From NCBI GenBank assembly GCA_012523135.1, contig JAAYJD010000106.1, forward strand, positions 6,328-70,327: DNA of 64,000 nt. The letters run 5' to 3'. Every line of letters starts with the position of its first letter. Within the stretch, counting starts at the first letter, position 1. This stretch comes from Clostridiaceae bacterium (GTDB lineage Bacteria > Bacillota > Clostridia > Saccharofermentanales > UBA5734). Below, one piece after another: positions 29,407 to 39,300 of the stretch. The notes beneath the pieces are model-generated. The model saw nothing but the letters and a program-made list of their open reading frames with translations, made no database searches and was not told the DNA's origin. A program made the position numbers and the translations under genes.

Positions 29407-29877
29407 ATGTATGAGCAACGCCAGGGCAAAGGCCAGGAACAAGGCATTGAGGACCTGATCAACAGGCTCGATCACGCGGTTGCGACCGCGCGTAATGTTC
29501 CGTTTTCCAACAGCTGCATGGTCGACCGCGAAGAGATGACGGTCCTGATCAGCATGATCCGGGACAACCTGCCGGCCGAACTGAAACAAGCCAAATGGCT
29601 GCTGGAGCAGAACCGCCAGTTGATCGCCGAAGCGCGCAAGGAAGCCGAAAGCATGATCCGGGAAGCGGAATCACGCATGGCGGCCATGATCGACGAGCAT
29701 GAAATCACCCAGCAGGCCCGGCAGCAGTCCAGCCAGACCATCGAAGCCGCGAACAATTCGGCCCGCCAGATCCGCAACGGGTCCATCGAGTACGCCCGCA
29801 AGCGGCTCGCAGACCTGGAAGAACAGCTGACTGGCATGCTGGTCATGATCCAGAAGAACCTGCAGGAACTGCGCTAA
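29407..29877 (+). CDS. Hypothetical coiled-coil protein (Gln/Glu/Arg-rich heptads; stalk-subunit or DivIVA-like in appearance)
   Basis: 156-aa ORF in the coding frame, co-directional with coaD and followed by a strong terminator. No catalytic motif recognised. Confidence 0.55.
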   Translation: MYEQRQGKGQEQGIEDLINRLDHAVATARNVPFSNSCMVDREEMTVLISMIRDNLPAELKQAKWLLEQNRQLIAEARKEAESMIREAESRMAAMIDEHEITQQARQQSSQTIEAANNSARQIRNGSIEYARKRLADLEEQLTGMLVMIQKNLQELR

Positions 29878-29893
29878 CAAACGATAACGCACG

Positions 29894-29927
29894 AAAAAAA
29901 AGGCTGTCCGGCAGCGGACAGCCTTTT
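29894..29927. terminator. Bidirectional Rho-independent terminator between convergent genes
   Basis: AAAAGGCTGTCCG-GCAG-CGGACAGCCTTTT, a perfect 13-bp stem with an A-tract upstream and T-tract downstream. Confidence 0.8.
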
Positions 29928-29953
29928 GCGACTGGTCTTTGGCCGGCGCGGCG

Positions 29954-31024
29954 TCAGAGCCGTTCCATCCAGGCGTGGGTATCCGCCAGCTGGCCATACT
30001 GCACGCCGGTGATGGTGTCATAGAACTGCTGGCTTAACCGACCGATCCGGCCGGCGTTGAACGTCACGACGTCCTGTTCGTATTTGAGGGCGCCGACCGG
30101 CGAGATGACAGCTGCCGTTCCTGACCCGAAGACTTCACTGACCCGGCCGGCCTTGGCGGCGGCCCACAATTCGTCAATCGCGATCTGGCGTTCTTCGGTC
30201 GCATAACCGAGGGTTTGAGCCAGCTCCAGCACGGTCCGGCGCGTGATGCCCGGCAGGATGGAACCGTTGAGCGCTGGCGTCATCAGCTTGCCGTCGATCA
30301 CGAAGAAGACGTTCATCGAGCCGACTTCCTCAATGTAGCGGCGGTGCACTCCGTCCAGCCACAGGACCTGCACGTAGCCGGCCTTGTAGGCGTTGGCCTG
30401 GGCGATCAGGCTGGCGGCATAGTTACCGGGAGTCTTGGCAAATCCGGTTCCGCCCTTGACCGCCCGGACATACTCGTCCTCAACATAGATGCTGACCGGA
30501 TTCAGGCCCTGGGCGTAATACGCGCCGGACGGCGAGAGGATGATCATGAATTTATAAGTGTGCGAGGGCCGGACTCCCAGGCAGGCGTCGGTGGCGATGA
30601 TGAAAGGCCGGATGTAAAGGGAGGTGCCGGGCGCCGACGGCACCCAGTCCGCCTCCAGGCGCAGCAGCTCCTTGAGCGCGTGGACACAGAAATCCGGATC
30701 GACCGGCGGAATGACCATGCGGGCGTTTGACTGGTTGACCCGCTCGAAATTGAGCCGCGGCCGGAACAGGGCGACCTGGCCGTCCGGCTGCCGGTACGCC
30801 TTCAGGCCCTCGAAAATAGCCTGTCCGTAATGGAAGACCATGGCTGACGGAGCCAGCGACAGCGGCGCGTACGGGACGATACGCGCGTCAATCCAGCCTT
30901 GCCCTTCGACATAATCCATGACAAACATGTGATCGGTGAAGATCTGGCCGAAGCCGAGACTGGCATCTGAGGCGGGTTTGGCCGCGGGCTTCTGGGTACG
31001 GGTGACCGATATGGATGGATACAT
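29954..31024 (-). CDS. ilvE: Branched-chain amino acid aminotransferase (class IV)
   Basis: 'FGQIFTDHMF', 'YGQAIFEGLKAY' and 'EEVGSMNVFFV...LNGSILPGITR'. The ATG at 31024 (complement) is preceded by AAGGGGGA. Track start 31111 was rejected. Confidence 0.9.
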   Translation of the reverse strand: MYPSISVTRTQKPAAKPASDASLGFGQIFTDHMFVMDYVEGQGWIDARIVPYAPLSLAPSAMVFHYGQAIFEGLKAYRQPDGQVALFRPRLNFERVNQSNARMVIPPVDPDFCVHALKELLRLEADWVPSAPGTSLYIRPFIIATDACLGVRPSHTYKFMIILSPSGAYYAQGLNPVSIYVEDEYVRAVKGGTGFAKTPGNYAASLIAQANAYKAGYVQVLWLDGVHRRYIEEVGSMNVFFVIDGKLMTPALNGSILPGITRRTVLELAQTLGYATEERQIAIDELWAAAKAGRVSEVFGSGTAAVISPVGALKYEQDVVTFNAGRIGRLSQQFYDTITGVQYGQLADTHAWMERL

Positions 31025-31082
31025 GCTGAATCCCCCTTGCAGGTCCGGACGCCATGCCGGACAGGATGCTGAATCAAAGCGT

Positions 31083-31111
31083 ATTATAAACTTATTTCGC
31101 TGCTTCGGCAA
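31083..31111 (-). promoter_or_regulatory. Candidate ilvE promoter
   Basis: On the minus strand: TTGCCG, 17-bp spacer, TATAAT (plus-strand ATTATA at 31083-31088 and CGGCAA at 31106-31111). Confidence 0.45.
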
Positions 31112-31175
31112 TGCAAGCCAATGTGTTTTTCTGGCTGTTTTCCATGATTTGGGGCTGGCTGCCTGATGTGGCTCG

Positions 31176-31184
31176 TGCTATAAT
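31176..31184 (+). promoter_or_regulatory. Extended -10 promoter element of uvrB
   Basis: TGCTATAAT (TGn plus a perfect TATAAT at 31179-31184). The -35 is weak. Confidence 0.5.
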
Positions 31185-31185
31185 C

Positions 31186-31199
31186 AGAACGTACATTCG
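31186..31199 (+). promoter_or_regulatory. Candidate LexA (Cheo/SOS) box
   Basis: AGAACGTACATTCG against the Bacillota consensus CGAAC-N4-GTTCG. It matches GAAC-N4-nTTC, starts 2 nt after the -10, and lies upstream of a canonical SOS gene. Confidence 0.45.
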
Positions 31200-31227
31200 C
31201 CATCTCACGATGTGGAGGCATACTGTC

Positions 31228-33243
31228 ATGACTTCTTTTCGCATTCACTCCGACATGCAGCCGCGCGGCGACCAGCCCGAGGCGATCGACGCTATCGTCC
31301 GCGGCTTGCGGGATGGCATGCCGGCCCAGACGCTTTTAGGTGTCACCGGTTCGGGCAAAACCTTCACCATGGCCCATGTCATCGAGCGCGTTCAGCGGCC
31401 GGCGCTGGTCATCGCGCACAACAAAACGCTGGCGGCCCAGCTGGCCGGTGAGTTCAAGGCATTTTTCCCCGAAAACGCGGTGGAGTATTTTGTCTCCTAT
31501 TACGACTATTACCAGCCAGAGGCCTACATCGCCGCCACCGACACCTACATCGAGAAGGATTCGGCGATCAACGACGAAATCGACCGCTTGCGCCATTCGG
31601 CGACGGCGTCGCTGCTCGAGCGCCGCGATGTCATCGTCGTCGCCTCGGTTTCCTGCATCTATGGCCTGGGCGATCCGCGCGACTACAAGGACCTGATGGT
31701 CCACCTGCGGCCGGGCATGCGCAAAGACCGGGACACGGTCATTCGCGAACTGATCGACATCCAGTACAACCGCAACGACTACGAGATCCGGCGCGGCAGT
31801 TTCCGCGTGCGCGGCGACACGATCGACATCTGCCCGTCGGCATCGGACGAACTGGTGACCCGGATCTCCTTCTTTGGGGACGAAATCGAAAAAATCAGCG
31901 AGATCGAGCGCTTGAGCGGCCGGCTTAGGGCCAGCCGCTCCTATATCTCCATTTTTCCGGCCAGCCACTATGCGACAACCGACGCCAAGATGAAGCAGGC
32001 CCTGATCAGCATTGAGGAAGAACTGGAGGAACAGCTGGCCCTGATGCGCAGCCGCAACCAGCTGGTTGAAGCTTACCGCCTGGAGCAGCGGACGCGCTAC
32101 GATCTGGAGATGATGCGTGAGACCGGTTTCTGCAAAGGTATCGAGAACTATTCGCGCCACCTGACAGGACGCCCGGCCGGCACGCCGCCGTACACCCTGC
32201 TGGATTTTTTCCCGGACGATTACATGCTCATGATCGATGAATCCCATGTCACGGTCCCCCAGATCGGCGCCATGTACAACGGGGACCGCTCCCGCAAAGA
32301 AACGCTGGTCTCGTACGGGTTCAGGCTGCCGTCGGCCTTCGACAACCGGCCGCTGCAGTTTGCCGAATTCGAGCAGCGTATGGGGCAGGCGGTCTTCGTC
32401 AGCGCGACCCCCTCACGATATGAGGCCGCGCACGCCGCCCAGGTCGTCGAGCAGATCATCCGGCCGACCGGGCTGGTCGATCCCGAGATCTCGATCCGGC
32501 CGGTCGAAGGCCAGATCGAGGACCTGCTGGCTGAAACAGCCGCGGCCACGAAGCGCGGCGAACGGTCGCTGGTGCTGACATTGACCAAGAAAATGGCCGA
32601 AGACCTGACCGCGTTTTTCAAGGACGAAGGCCTGCGCGTGACCTACCTGCATTCGGATATCGAGACCGTTGAGCGCATGAAGATCCTGCGCTCGCTGCGC
32701 CAGGGCGCTTTCGACATCCTGGTCGGCATCAACCTGCTCCGCGAAGGCCTGGATCTGCCGGAGGTGTCCCTGATCGCTATCCTCGATGCCGACAAGGAAG
32801 GCTTTTTGCGGTCGGCCACCTCGCTGGTCCAGATCATCGGGCGAGCGGCGCGCAACATCAACGGCCACGTCGTCATGTACGCGGATGCCGTGACCGATTC
32901 CATGCTGATGGCCGTGCAGGAAACCAACCGCCGCCGCAGCATCCAGCAGGCCTACAACGAGGCGAACAACATCACCCCGGTATCTGTGACCAAGGATGTG
33001 CGTGACGTGATCGACACGGTGCTCGAGGCAACCGAGGAGGCCGGCCTGCCGGAAGAAGCGGCTGAAAAGCTGCTGGACAACCGCCTGGAGGGCCTCGGGC
33101 CCGAAGAACTCGCCAAGCTGGCGCAGCGCATGGAAAAGGACATGAGAGAAGCGGCCCGCAAGCTGGCCTTCGAAGAGGCGGCCCACCTGCGCGATTTGCT
33201 GATCACAATCCGCGGGCGCCTGTCCGGGAACGGCAAGCCCTGA
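31228..33243 (+). CDS. uvrB: Excinuclease ABC subunit B
   Basis: 'GDQPEAI', Walker A 'GVTGSGKT', 'DESHVT' and the C-terminal UVR motif 'FEEAAHLRD'. ATG 31228 lies 9 nt after GGAGG. Confidence 0.9.
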   Translation: MTSFRIHSDMQPRGDQPEAIDAIVRGLRDGMPAQTLLGVTGSGKTFTMAHVIERVQRPALVIAHNKTLAAQLAGEFKAFFPENAVEYFVSYYDYYQPEAYIAATDTYIEKDSAINDEIDRLRHSATASLLERRDVIVVASVSCIYGLGDPRDYKDLMVHLRPGMRKDRDTVIRELIDIQYNRNDYEIRRGSFRVRGDTIDICPSASDELVTRISFFGDEIEKISEIERLSGRLRASRSYISIFPASHYATTDAKMKQALISIEEELEEQLALMRSRNQLVEAYRLEQRTRYDLEMMRETGFCKGIENYSRHLTGRPAGTPPYTLLDFFPDDYMLMIDESHVTVPQIGAMYNGDRSRKETLVSYGFRLPSAFDNRPLQFAEFEQRMGQAVFVSATPSRYEAAHAAQVVEQIIRPTGLVDPEISIRPVEGQIEDLLAETAAATKRGERSLVLTLTKKMAEDLTAFFKDEGLRVTYLHSDIETVERMKILRSLRQGAFDILVGINLLREGLDLPEVSLIAILDADKEGFLRSATSLVQIIGRAARNINGHVVMYADAVTDSMLMAVQETNRRRSIQQAYNEANNITPVSVTKDVRDVIDTVLEATEEAGLPEEAAEKLLDNRLEGLGPEELAKLAQRMEKDMREAARKLAFEEAAHLRDLLITIRGRLSGNGKP

Positions 33244-33261
33244 ACCCGGCAGTTTGCCGCT

Positions 33262-33789
33262 TCAGATATCCGAGTCCGCCAGGCAGCGATAGGTGGCCAG
33301 GACCTCGGCAAAATAAAGGGTGTGCTGATGCTCGAGCGGCTTCTGGCGGTGTTCCGGCGTGAGCAGCAGATGGGGCGGGTGAACCCGCGCGTAGGTCCGG
33401 CACTCCAGGTTGACGGGACATTCCCGCACCGCATACGAGCGGACCTGTTCTCCCGGGACGGGTGTCAGGTGCGCCGCCGTGAACTTGTCCACGTCGCGGC
33501 CGGACGTCTTGCCGCAGAACGCGACGGCTTCGGCCAGGGCGTCATCGGGCACGGCAATCGTGAATTCAGGCACTTCTTCCAGGGCATGCCAGGAGAAACG
33601 GTCAGGGGTCACGGCGATGACCAGGACCGGATGGCCGTGGTAGAACGGGCCAATCAGGCCCCAGCCCAGCGTGATCAGGTTGGGTCGTCCGAGCTGGTCG
33701 ATCACGGAGCACAGCACGCCGCCCCTGTGCAGGCGGTTCAGGATGTCTTTGGTGCAGGACCAGAAGTCCAGCGCTTCTTTTCGGATCAT
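33262..33789 (-). CDS. Flavin reductase-like (FMN-binding split-barrel) domain protein
   Basis: 175 aa with 'NLITLGWGLIG...PVLVIAVTPDRFSW' typical of the family. RBS GAGGGGG. Convergent with uvrB. Confidence 0.7.
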   Translation of the reverse strand: MIRKEALDFWSCTKDILNRLHRGGVLCSVIDQLGRPNLITLGWGLIGPFYHGHPVLVIAVTPDRFSWHALEEVPEFTIAVPDDALAEAVAFCGKTSGRDVDKFTAAHLTPVPGEQVRSYAVRECPVNLECRTYARVHPPHLLLTPEHRQKPLEHQHTLYFAEVLATYRCLADSDI

Positions 33790-33891
33790 GCGCGATACCC
33801 CCTCGTCTGTGTGCCTGGGTCAACCAGGCCATGGCGTTGCACCCAAGACCAGTATACCGCATCTGGCATCCGAGCGGCGGGCAGCTGTCCG

Positions 33892-33910
33892 AACCGAAAT
33901 CGGTTATAAT
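33892..33910 (+). promoter_or_regulatory. Perfect TATAAT -10 (33905-33910) abutted by the palindrome AACCGA-AA-TCGGTT
   Basis: 6-2-6 perfect inverted repeat at 33892-33905, sharing its last base with the -10. Lies in the divergent gap between the flavin-reductase-like and GNAT genes. Confidence 0.35.
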
Positions 33911-33991
33911 GGTGAAAAGATCCATGCCATACAATAAGATGCCGGCGGCTGCGATCTCAGGGTCGTGTCGCGCGGCGGATGGAGCAAGCCG

Positions 33992-34537
33992 ATGGAACAG
34001 TCACAGCCAAAAAGACAGTTGCGGATGATCTGGCCGGCGGGAAAGCCATGCGGGCTGCCGATCACCTGGCCAGACGGTTATGTCCTGCGCCAATTCCAGG
34101 AGTCGGACACCGAAAAATACCTGGCCTTGATGCATGAGGCTGGGTTTGCCGATTTTTCGCTCGAATCGCTGGACAAGATGAAAAAGAGCCTTCTGCCCCA
34201 AGGTTTCTTCATCGTCGAGTATCTGCCGGAACACGAACTGGCGGCTTCGGCGATGGCCAACGACCAGCCGATCGAGGCGTATCCCGAGGCCGGTGCCGTC
34301 AACTGGGTGGCCGGTGCCAAAAAACACAGCGGACGCGGCCTGGGGACGACCGTCGTGCTGGCTGTCCTGAAACGCCTGCTTGACAGCGGTTACCGGGAGA
34401 TCTACCTGACAACAGACGATTTTCGCCTGCCGGCGCTGAAAACATATCTCAAAATCGGCTTCGAACCGGACCTTTTTGCCGATGACATGCCGGCGCGCTG
34501 GGCCGCGATCTACGCCAGGCTCAACTGGGTGGTCTAG
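33992..34537 (+). CDS. GNAT-family N-acetyltransferase
   Basis: Acetyl-CoA pocket-like 'HSGRGLGTTVVLAVLKRL' (Q/RxxGxG/A motif). ATG 33992 lies 7 nt after GGAG; GTG 33965 is the alternative start. Confidence 0.7.
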   Translation: MEQSQPKRQLRMIWPAGKPCGLPITWPDGYVLRQFQESDTEKYLALMHEAGFADFSLESLDKMKKSLLPQGFFIVEYLPEHELAASAMANDQPIEAYPEAGAVNWVAGAKKHSGRGLGTTVVLAVLKRLLDSGYREIYLTTDDFRLPALKTYLKIGFEPDLFADDMPARWAAIYARLNWVV

Positions 34538-34565
34538 CTGCCAGACGCCATTTTGGCAATCTTTC

Positions 34566-34574
34566 TGGTATAAT
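34566..34574 (+). promoter_or_regulatory. Extended -10 element upstream of the phosphoglucomutase gene
   Basis: TGGTATAAT. The nearby TTGGCA (34553-34558) is only 10 bp away, so it is not a usable -35. Confidence 0.4.
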
Positions 34575-34641
34575 CATACCCAGAAAACAGCCATATCGCA
34601 GGCTGCGGCTGACCGGGCCTGCTTGAGAAGGAGGCTTCCCG

Positions 34642-36393
34642 ATGCCGCGAGCCCAAGACTTGTACAAGCTCTGGTCCGAACATCCTTATTTTGACGAAAA
34701 CACGCGCGCTGAGCTGCGCGCGATCCAGGACCAGCCGGGAGAGATCGAGGATCGCTTCTACCGCGACCTGGCTTTCGGCACGGCCGGTCTGCGCGGTGTG
34801 CTGGGCGCCGGCACCAACCGGATGAACCGCTACACGGTCGCCCGCGCTGCCGACGGCATGGCGCGCGCGATTGCCTCCCACGGCGGGGACGCGCTTGACC
34901 GGGGAATCGTGATCGCCTATGACTCACGCCATTTTTCGGCGCAGTTCGCCCTGCTCTGTGCCCAGATCTTTGTCGGCCACGGCATCCGGGTGCGCCTGTT
35001 CGACGCGCTGCGTCCCGTCCCGGTGCTGTCCTTTGCCATCCGCCATTACAAGGCGGCCGGCGGCATCATGATCACGGCCAGCCACAACCCGGCCCGCTAC
35101 AATGGCTTCAAGGCTTACGGCGACGACGGCAGCCAGCTGCCGCCGGAGCAGGCTGACGCGGTGGTTGCCTTCATGGACCAGCTGCCCGACTTGACCAGGC
35201 TGACCTGGCCGGACGAAGCTCAGGCCCGCTCGAGCGGCCTGCTGGAGATGATCGGCGAAGCGCTCGACCAGGCTTACCAGGCGATGCTGCTGACCCTCTC
35301 GATCAACCCGGATGCCGTCAAACGTCACCGGGACATGAAGATTGTCTACACCCCGCTGCACGGCGCGGGCAACAAACCGGTACGGCGCGTTCTGGCCGCG
35401 CTTGGGTTTGAACAAGTCCTGGTGGTCCCCGAGCAGGAGCTGCCCGACGGCGCATTCCCGACGGTTGCCATGCCCAATCCCGAAGAGCGCTCTGCGCTTA
35501 GCATGGCGATCGATCTGGCTGAGCGCGAAGGCGCGGACCTGGTCATCGCCACCGACCCGGACGCGGACCGGACCGGCCTGTGCGTCCGGACCCGCGAAGG
35601 CACCTACATGGTCCTGAGCGGCAACCAGATCGGCCTGCTTTTGACCGACTACATCCTGTCAGCCAGGCAAAACAGCGGAACCATGCCGGAAAATCCCTTC
35701 GTGGTGACCACGATCGTTTCCACCAAGCTGATGCGCAAGATATCAGCACATTATGACGTCACGCTGTACGAATGCCTGACCGGGTTTAAATTCATCGGCG
35801 AACTGATCAAGGAGAAAGACGAAAACGGCGACATGCACTACCTGTTCGGTTTTGAAGAAAGCTACGGCTACCTGGCCGGAACGGCGGTGCGCGACAAGGA
35901 TGCCGTCGTGACCAGCATGCTGATCGCCGAGATGGCGGCCGTGGCCCGCGACCGCGGCCAGACGCTCTACGACCGGCTCGAAGACCTTTACAGCCGCTTC
36001 GGCTATGCGGCGGAGAAGACCATATCGCTGGCGATGGAGGGCAAGCAGGGCCTGGAACGGATTCGCCTGGAGATGGCCCGGCTGCGCCGGGAGCAGGCTG
36101 ACGCGTTTCCCGGCGTACCCATCCGGGCCATCGCCGATTACGGCGGACAGGTGCGTTTGAACCTGACGGACGGGAAACGTGAAGCCCTGACGCTGCCGCA
36201 GTCCGATGTCTTGCTGTACGAACTCGACGGCCTCGACTGGTTCTGTGTCCGGCCATCGGGAACGGAACCCAAGATCAAGCTCTACTTTGGCTGCTACACA
36301 GATGACGCCGCGTCCGGGGAGGCCTGCCTGCAGCAGCTGCTGGACCAGGTCGCGGCCAGGATTCAGGTAATTCTGAACGAGGATGCTTCATGA
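34642..36393 (+). CDS. Phosphoglucomutase/phosphomannomutase family protein (PgcA-like alpha-phosphoglucomutase)
   Basis: Active-site 'TASHNPARYNGFK', metal-binding 'ATDPDADR' and 'GFEESYG'. RBS GAAGGAGG. Confidence 0.85.
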   Translation: MPRAQDLYKLWSEHPYFDENTRAELRAIQDQPGEIEDRFYRDLAFGTAGLRGVLGAGTNRMNRYTVARAADGMARAIASHGGDALDRGIVIAYDSRHFSAQFALLCAQIFVGHGIRVRLFDALRPVPVLSFAIRHYKAAGGIMITASHNPARYNGFKAYGDDGSQLPPEQADAVVAFMDQLPDLTRLTWPDEAQARSSGLLEMIGEALDQAYQAMLLTLSINPDAVKRHRDMKIVYTPLHGAGNKPVRRVLAALGFEQVLVVPEQELPDGAFPTVAMPNPEERSALSMAIDLAEREGADLVIATDPDADRTGLCVRTREGTYMVLSGNQIGLLLTDYILSARQNSGTMPENPFVVTTIVSTKLMRKISAHYDVTLYECLTGFKFIGELIKEKDENGDMHYLFGFEESYGYLAGTAVRDKDAVVTSMLIAEMAAVARDRGQTLYDRLEDLYSRFGYAAEKTISLAMEGKQGLERIRLEMARLRREQADAFPGVPIRAIADYGGQVRLNLTDGKREALTLPQSDVLLYELDGLDWFCVRPSGTEPKIKLYFGCYTDDAASGEACLQQLLDQVAARIQVILNEDAS

Positions 36394-39300
36394 CGGTCAC
36401 AGCGTTTACCCATCTCCACCTGCACACGGAATACAGCCTGCTCGACGGGGCCATCCGGCTGCGCGACTTGCCCGACCGGCTCGCCGCGCTGGGCATGCAG
36501 GCCTGTGCGATCACGGACCACGGCGCCCTTTACGGCGTGATCGACTTTTACAACGCCATGCTGGCCAAAGGCCTCAAGCCGATCATCGGCTGCGAGATCT
36601 ATATCGCCCCGCGCGGCTACCTGGACAAGGAGGCGGGCGTCGACAAGGAACCGGCCCACCTGGTGCTGCTGGCTGAAAATCAGCTCGGCTACCGCAACCT
36701 GATGAAACTCGTGTCGATCGGCTACACGGAAGGATTCTACTATCGTCCGCGCGTCGACCACGACCTGCTCCGCCAGTACAGCGGCGGGCTGACCGCCTTG
36801 TCGGCCTGCCTGGGCGGCGAGATTCCCACGGCCATCCTGCAGCAGGATTTTGAACGGGCACGCGAGCTGGCGCTCAAGATGGACGGGATATTCGGCCGTG
36901 ACCATTTTTTCCTGGAACTGCAGGACAATGGGTTGCCGGAGCAGACGGTGGTCAACAGCGCGCTGATCCGGCTCAGCCGGGAGACCGGCATCCCGCTGGT
37001 CGCCACCAACGACTGCCATTACCTGGAGAAAGAAGACGCCCATGCGCACGAAGTGCTGCTCTGCATGCAGACAGGCAAACGCATGAGCGATGACGACCGC
37101 ATGCGCATGGCGAGCGACGCGTTCTATGTCAAGTCGCCCGAGGAAATGGCCGAGGCTTTCGCGGCCGTGCCGGAGGCCGTCGCCAACACGGCCCGGATCG
37201 CAGAACGCTGCCAGGTCGTGTTCGACTTCAACACGATCCATTTGCCGGAGTTTGCCGTTCCGCCGGGGCAGACCCATGACGGCTACCTGCGCGCGCTTTG
37301 CCTGGAAGGGCTTGAGCGCCGCCTGGAGATCAGCCGGCCGATGCCGCGTGCCGAGTACGAGCGCCGCCTGGATTACGAGCTGGGCGTGATCAGCCAGATG
37401 GGCTACACGGGCTACTACCTGATCGTCTGGGATTTTATCCGCTTCGCGCGCAGCCGTTCGATTATGGTCGGGCCGGGACGCGGTTCCGGTGCCGGTTCCC
37501 TGGCCGCCTGGTGCCTGGGCATCACAAACATCGATCCCCTGCAGTATGCCCTGATCTTCGAGCGCTTTCTCAATGCCGACCGGGTCAGCATGCCTGACTT
37601 TGACATCGATTTCTGCTACGAGCGCCGCCAGGAAGTGATCGATTATGTCACCGGGAAGTACGGCCACGACCATGTCGCCCAGGTCATCACCTTTGGCACC
37701 CTGGCCGCCCGCGCCTGCATCCGGGATGTCGCCCGGGCCCTGGACGTGCCCTATGCCGAGACAGACCGTCTGGCCAAGATGATCCCCGCGTCACCGGGAA
37801 TGACGCTCACCAAGGCCCTGGACGCCAATCCCGAACTGCGCCAGGAGTATGCCCAGAACGAGACGACCCGCATGGTCCTGGATTTGGTCCGGCGCTTCGA
37901 GGGCATGCCCCGCCATGCCTCGACCCACGCGGCCGGCGTGATCATCTCCAAGGAGCCGCTGACCGATCTGGCGCCGCTGTCGCGCAACGAAGACGCGGTC
38001 GTCGTCCAGTTCGCCAAGAACAATGTCGAGCTGATCGGCCTGCTCAAGTTCGATTTTTTAGGTCTGAGGACCTTGACGGTTCTGCGTGACACGGCGGCCA
38101 TGGCCCATGAGAACCACGGCGACGTGATCGACTACGACCGGATTCCGATGGATGACCCGGCTGTCTATGCGATGATCAGCGAGGGGCGGACGGAAGCCGT
38201 GTTCCAGCTGGAAAGCGCCGGCATGACCAGCTTCATGAAGGAGCTGCGCCCCGAGTCGATGGAGGATATCATCGCCGGCATCTCGCTCTACCGACCGGGC
38301 CCGATGGAGCAGATCCCGCGCTACATCGCTGCCAAGCGCGATCCGGCCAAGATCCGCTACGACCACCCGCTGCTGGAGCCGATCCTCAACGTGACGTACG
38401 GCTGCATCGTTTACCAGGAGCAGGTCATGCAGATCGTCCGGGACCTGGCCGGCTTCTCGATGGGCCAGTCGGACAATGTGCGCCGGGCGATGTCCAAAAA
38501 GAAACCGGCCGAACTGGCCAAGTACCGCGACCTGTTTGTCAATGGCGGCCAAGACGAGAAAGGGAACCCCGTCGACGGTGCCCTGGCCCGCGGCGTCAGC
38601 TTGGAAACAGCCGGCAAGATCTTCGATGAGGTGATGGTTTTTGCCGGCTATGCCTTCAACAAGAGCCACGCGGCGGCCTACGCCGTCGTCGCCTACCAGA
38701 CGGGCTGGCTGAAGGTGCATTACCCGGTTGAGCTGATGGCCGCCATGCTCAACAGCTACCTGGGCAGCCTGAGCCAGGCCGCCTCCTACGTGCGGGTCTG
38801 CCGAACGATGAACATTTCGGTGCTGCCGCCGGACATCAACCGCAGCCAGGCCCGCTTCACGACGGAAGACGGCGCGATCCGCTTCGCATTGGCCGCCGTC
38901 AAGAACGTCGGCGAAGCGGCGATCCGCTCCCTGATCGCGGAGCGCGAGAAAAACGGCCCGTTCTGTTCTTTCGGGGACCTGCTGCGCCGCCTGGACGAGA
39001 GCACCCTCAACCGGAAAATGGTCGAGAGCATGATCCGCGCTTCCGCGCTGGACGGCTTTGGCGTGCCGCGCGCGCAGATGATCGCCGTCATCGAGCCGTT
39101 TTCTAACCGTCTGGCCAGCAGCCGGCGTCAGAGCATGGAAGGGCAGCTGTCGCTGTTTGACCTGGGAGCCGTCGAACAGGTGACAGAAGCAGAACCGGAG
39201 TATCCGGAGCTGCCGGATTTCACCCAGCGCGAAAAGCTGGCCATGGAAAAAGACATGCTGGGGCTTTATGTCAGCGGCCATCCGCTCGACGAGTACGAAC

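Noticed and set aside
31023-31072. 10-nt direct repeat ATGCTGAATC (31023-31032 and 31063-31072) flanking a small hairpin in the ilvE leader. It was considered as a possible attenuator, T-box or riboswitch element.
   Set aside because: The leader is only ~55 nt, far too short for a T-box or known riboswitch. It has no terminator/antiterminator alternative and no specifier-like features. The repeat may be coincidental.
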